Below are positions 17,202-20,000 of a DNA stretch of 20,000 nucleotides, in pieces. Source of the DNA: an uncultured virus (IMG/VR IMGVR_UViG_3300046675_000363) (taxonomy: Duplodnaviria; Heunggongvirae; Uroviricota; Caudoviricetes); IMG/VR virus record IMGVR_UViG_3300046675_000363. One strand, given 5' to 3'. A program made the translations under genes and the position numbers. Below the pieces are notes generated by a model that ran no database searches, was not told the origin of the DNA, and saw nothing but the letters and a program-made list of their open reading frames with translations. Every line of letters begins with the position of its first letter. The stretch's first letter is position 1.

Positions 17202-17659
17202 TGTTTTAGCCTCGTCTTGAAGCCCAGCTTGCGGCTGGTTTCATTGAACTTTTCGGCGGTCGCCCTGTCCAGGTTGATGCCGCTCTTGATGGCGATCAGC
17301 GACACATAAACCATGACGTCGCCCAGTTCTGTCGCCAGATCGCGGACACTGGCGCGTGAGCCGTCGAGGCCCAGGCGCTCGCGCTCCAGCTTTTTGATCA
17401 CGTTGCAGGCTTCGCCCATTTCGCCGGCGGCGGCGTTGCCGTAATAGGACAGGTCGAGCTTGTCGCTGTTCTTCCATTCAAGCTGGCGGGCGATGTTGGC
17501 CTCTTCCAGCGTGTCATAATAGATGACGGGTTGGGCCTTTCTGGGTATGGGCTGCACCTTTTCAAGCACCCCAGTAATCAAGTTGTGGGCGACTATTTGA
17601 TCCATGCAAGCTTTGTGGGCGAGCAGTATGCTCATGGCGTCAATTTCTTCAGGGGTCAT
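17192..17659 (-). CDS. MazG-like nucleotide pyrophosphohydrolase
   Basis: AGEMGEACNVIKK...ELGDVMVY...GINLD.A..EKFNE gives the ExxE...ExxD metal-binding signature. AAGGA lies upstream of the start. Confidence 0.88.
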   Translation of the reverse strand: MTPEEIDAMSILLAHKACMDQIVAHNLITGVLEKVQPIPRKAQPVIYYDTLEEANIARQLEWKNSDKLDLSYYGNAAAGEMGEACNVIKKLERERLGLDGSRASVRDLATELGDVMVYVSLIAIKSGINLDRATAEKFNETSRKLGFKTRLKQCP

Positions 17660-17682
17660 GTTTGGGTTCCTTGTGTTTGGGC

Positions 17683-17704
17683 GGGGGCGGATCTAGCCGC
17701 CCCC
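17683..17704. other. Intergenic GC-rich hairpin without U-tract
   Basis: GGGGGCGG-atctag-CCGCCCCC, a perfect 8-bp stem between the amidase stop and the MazG RBS. Confidence 0.6.
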
Positions 17705-17708
17705 TCGG

Positions 17709-18359
17709 TCAGACCGGTTGACGAAAAGCGACGATGCGGCGGATCGACACCATGCCATAGCCGACATTGTGCCGGTGGTTGCCCGACAGCAGCAGGATCG
17801 AGCTAGGATAGACTTTGGCGACGACGCCGATGTGATGCGGCAGGACAGCGATCGCGCCGGGCTTGGGCGCGCTGGGGCGGCCATAGCGGGCATAATCGAC
17901 GGCGGCGAGCGACCCTAGGCGGGAATAGCCGGCCTCGCGCAGCCACAGACCCACGGAGGCCGCGCACCAGGGGCCATTGAAGCCGGTGAAGTTGCCGCCG
18001 CCGATATAACGCTCCGCGACGTGCAGGAGGCGCGTATCGCCGCTCAGGGACGCCGTGGGCGTGTAGAAGCGAAAGCCGAATAGGCTGAAGCCCTGATCGG
18101 GTTCAGGGGCCACCGCCGCCGCCGCGCGCGCATAGACGCGGCGCTGATAGTGATGGTGGTGATGATGCGCGACAGGGCGCCAACGATGATACACGCGGCG
18201 AGGCTTCAAGCTTTGGAACGATCGCTCTTGCGCCTCCATGCCGAAAATGCGCCGGATGTTGAAATTTTGACTGGACGTTTGCGGCGGCGGGTCCACACTA
18301 GCAAATGCCGGCGAGGAACACGCCACGAGTAGAGCCGTGACGGCGAGCAGCTTTCGCAT
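17709..18359 (-). CDS. Secreted CHAP/NlpC-P60-superfamily cysteine amidase (TIGR02594-like)
   Basis: ATG at 18359 with AAAGGA upstream. Signal peptide MRKLLAVTALLVACSSPAFA, His/Arg-rich linker and catalytic pattern PWCAASV...PGAIAV..HHIGVV...LSGN. Confidence 0.8.
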   Translation of the reverse strand: MRKLLAVTALLVACSSPAFASVDPPPQTSSQNFNIRRIFGMEAQERSFQSLKPRRVYHRWRPVAHHHHHHYQRRVYARAAAAVAPEPDQGFSLFGFRFYTPTASLSGDTRLLHVAERYIGGGNFTGFNGPWCAASVGLWLREAGYSRLGSLAAVDYARYGRPSAPKPGAIAVLPHHIGVVAKVYPSSILLLSGNHRHNVGYGMVSIRRIVAFRQPV

Positions 18360-18379
18360 CTTGCATCCTTTCTGGACAT

Positions 18380-18414
18380 AAAAAGAGCGCGCCCTGCGCG
18401 AACAGGACGCGCTC
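18380..18414 (-). terminator. Rho-independent terminator
   Basis: The minus strand reads GAGCGCGUCCUG-uucgcg-CAGGGCGCGCUC-UUUUU, a 12-bp stem plus U-tract, 25 nt after the stop at 18439. Confidence 0.85.
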
Positions 18415-18438
18415 AATTACTCAACTAGGACGTGACGA

Positions 18439-18801
18439 TCAGTGACCGGCGACGCCGCCGCCAACCGCGATCACGCTCGATCCGCCGCTGGTGGTCGAAC
18501 CGGCAAGGCCATTGCCGGAAGACGCAGCGAGGGTCGAAGAGGTCGAGGACGCCGTTCCGGCGCCGCCGCCACCCGCGATGGCCGGGCCGAAGAAGCCGCC
18601 GACAGCGACGCCCCCGCCGCCCGCAACGCCGCTCGCAGAGGCGGTCGTGCCGCCAATGGCCGAAGCATGACCCAGCGAACCCGTCAGGGTGCTGGAGTGA
18701 GTGCTGGTGATGACGGTGCCGCCACCCACGCCGAAGTCGAGGGCGAAAGCCGGGGCCGCAAGCATCGACAGGCCGGCGGCGAGAACAAAGATCTTCTTCA
18801 T
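18439..18801 (-). CDS. Secreted Gly/Ser/Ala/Thr-rich small protein
   Basis: ATG at 18801 with GAGGA upstream. Sec signal MKKIFVLAAGLSMLAAPAFA, a nearly uncharged mature part, and its own terminator. Confidence 0.8.
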   Translation of the reverse strand: MKKIFVLAAGLSMLAAPAFALDFGVGGGTVITSTHSSTLTGSLGHASAIGGTTASASGVAGGGGVAVGGFFGPAIAGGGGAGTASSTSSTLAASSGNGLAGSTTSGGSSVIAVGGGVAGH

Positions 18802-18861
18802 GCTGTAATTCCTCACACAGTGTGTTGCCAGGGAAGCCGCCCTGGCGCGGATATCGAATTA

Positions 18862-19295
18862 ATCGGCGGGTCTAGCAGCGGGATCGAACCGACACACCCG
18901 TCGCGGACAACTTACGTTGCAGCGAGAATAGAACCATCTCTTGTTGCCCACCCCCGGCCTTGTCGAGGTAAGAGCTTGCCCGCGCTTCGTACCTTACTCG
19001 CGGGTTCATCTGGCCCGCCGATCAACTACCCCTTGCGGGATTTCAAAACCACTGACCGCCCTCCGAAACCGCTTAAGTGACAAGTTCGGCCAGTGGCTTG
19101 CTTGCTTTCGTGGCTGGATCCATTTGGAGCAAACCCAGAACGCCCCGCTCTCCACGGGGGACGCAAGATCTCTTCATGACCGCCGAGCCGGTGGGGACGA
19201 ACCCTTCACCTTCCCTCGGCGGTCAGCTTGCTTTCGTGGCTCGCTGATGAGCAAGGGCCACGCCCGCCCGGTTCGGCGCGCGGGGACGCAAGATC
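18862..19295 (-). ncRNA. Candidate structured RNA cluster of unassigned family
   Basis: Nested inverted repeats, GNRA and UUCG tetraloops on the minus strand, and two copies of a three-way-junction motif with compensatory changes. No credible ORF covers the region. Confidence 0.6.
19100..19295. repeat. Bipartite direct repeat with ~125-nt period
   Basis: GCTTGCTTTCGTGGCT at 19100-19115 and 19226-19241. GGGGACGCAAGATC at 19157-19170 and 19282-19295. The intervening sequences differ. Confidence 0.9.
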
Positions 19296-19998
19296 AGTTG
19301 GAAGCCGTCTTGACGCAAACGCCGGCGTCGGCAGACTGGCGGGCGCCCTTGGTGCCGCAGGCGGCGACGACGTACTGGTGGCCTTTCTTGTCGAAGTAGC
19401 TGGCCGAACGCTTCATGTCGAGGGCCACGGGCTGCGACTTTTCGCCAGGAACCGGACCATGGTATTCGCCCTTGAAGACCGGGTGCCCATAGCTTTCGGT
19501 ATAGGCGACCGTCTGCACAGCATAGCGACCGATCCGGCAGCGGACGCCAGAGGCGACCAGGGCCGAAGCTACCTCGTCGTCCTGGCACATGACCTGGATC
19601 GCGGCGTCACGCTGCCCGAAAGCCCATAGAGTGCGAGCGTTGAGGCGCTTGTTGCAAGGCCCGTCCTGCCAGGGAAACCCAAGCGCCCCACCGCCGCCGA
19701 CAGCGGCGCCGCCCAGGGAGACGGAGCCATTGCAGCTTTCGATGCCGGCGGCGCTCATGCCGGGAGCAAACACCGCCGGCGACTGGCCAGTGGTGGTCGA
19801 ATTGAAATTGTTGGTGTTGGCGGCGCCAGACTGGTTGGCGTTGACCGAGCGGACAGCCGTGCTCTGGGCCGAATTGATGCGGCTGTTGACGTTGGAGTTG
19901 GAGCGCGAGGCCGAATTGGACTGGCTGGCCGACAGCGCGGTGTTGCGGTTGTTCTGGACGGGATCGGCAACAGCGGCGGAATTGGAGCGCGAGTTGGA
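19294..19998 (-). CDS. Ser/Asn-rich protein with Cys-patterned C-terminal domain (5'-truncated; probably exported)
   Basis: The frame is open to the window edge (SNSRSNSAAVADPVQNNRNTALSASQSNSASRSNSN...), then PAVFAPGMSAAGIESC.GSVS.G...C..RLNARTL...G..DAA..VMCQD..V..AL...GVRC. I recognise this pattern from uncharacterised phage and proteobacterial proteins. Confidence 0.75.
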   Translation of the reverse strand, partial: SNSRSNSAAVADPVQNNRNTALSASQSNSASRSNSNVNSRINSAQSTAVRSVNANQSGAANTNNFNSTTTGQSPAVFAPGMSAAGIESCNGSVSLGGAAVGGGGALGFPWQDGPCNKRLNARTLWAFGQRDAAIQVMCQDDEVASALVASGVRCRIGRYAVQTVAYTESYGHPVFKGEYHGPVPGEKSQPVALDMKRSASYFDKKGHQYVVAACGTKGARQSADAGVCVKTASN

Positions 19999-20000
19999 GA

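Noticed and set aside
17683..17704. Rho-independent terminator
   Set aside because: The stem is strong but no U-tract follows on either strand, so it is kept only as a hairpin.
18862..18940. tRNA or tmRNA suggested by GGTTCGATCC on the minus strand
   Set aside because: No complete 5-bp T-stem, acceptor stem, CCA end or anticodon arm can be built.
19128..19170. c-di-GMP-I (GEMM) riboswitch suggested by GCAAACC...GGGACGCAA on the plus strand
   Set aside because: There is no GNRA-capped P2 or receptor-bearing second hairpin, the second copy lacks GCAAAC, and the orientation is opposite to the flanking genes.
19100..19295. Hammerhead ribozyme (GUC and CGAAA on the minus strand; CTGATGAG at ~19244 on the plus strand)
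   Set aside because: CUGAUGA and GAAA lie on opposite strands, and copy B lacks CUGANGA, so no complete catalytic core exists.
19046..19295. CRISPR or similar spacer array
   Set aside because: Only two units, bipartite repeats with self-pairing interiors, and no cas-like gene in the window.
18442..19629. Plus-strand ORFs 18442-19080, 18941-19399 and 19228-19629
   Set aside because: They have Arg/Pro-rich, non-protein-like composition and overlap better-supported minus-strand genes and the structured region.

Overview
This window is part of a high-GC tailed-phage (or prophage) genome, podovirus-like, most likely infecting an alphaproteobacterium (it carries a GcrA homologue). Bases 1-15944 (+) are a tightly packed late operon: tail fibre C-terminus with an S74 chaperone, GH19-type endolysin, putative holin, head-tail adaptor, nozzle, a small virion protein, a protein with a duplicated domain and GG motifs, a GNAT-fold protein, three large internal/ejection proteins, and a collar-domain short fibre. 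The largest ejection protein (1610 aa) holds an internal S74 domain, an M15-like peptidase and a lysozyme. Bases 15945-20000 (-) are a convergent accessory block: GcrA-like regulator, Zn-ribbon protein, hypotheticals, MazG-like pyrophosphatase, a secreted CHAP-like amidase, and two low-complexity proteins, at least one secreted. Two signals stand out. (1) A ~490-nt intergenic region (18802-19295) appears to fold almost completely, with a tandem pair of covarying three-way-junction motifs and a separate multi-branch domain that I cannot assign to a known RNA class. (2) A recurring x-x-x-G-G motif marks module boundaries in three virion proteins, suggesting di-glycine-directed processing or targeting. 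All family calls come from motif recognition by eye; no searches were run.
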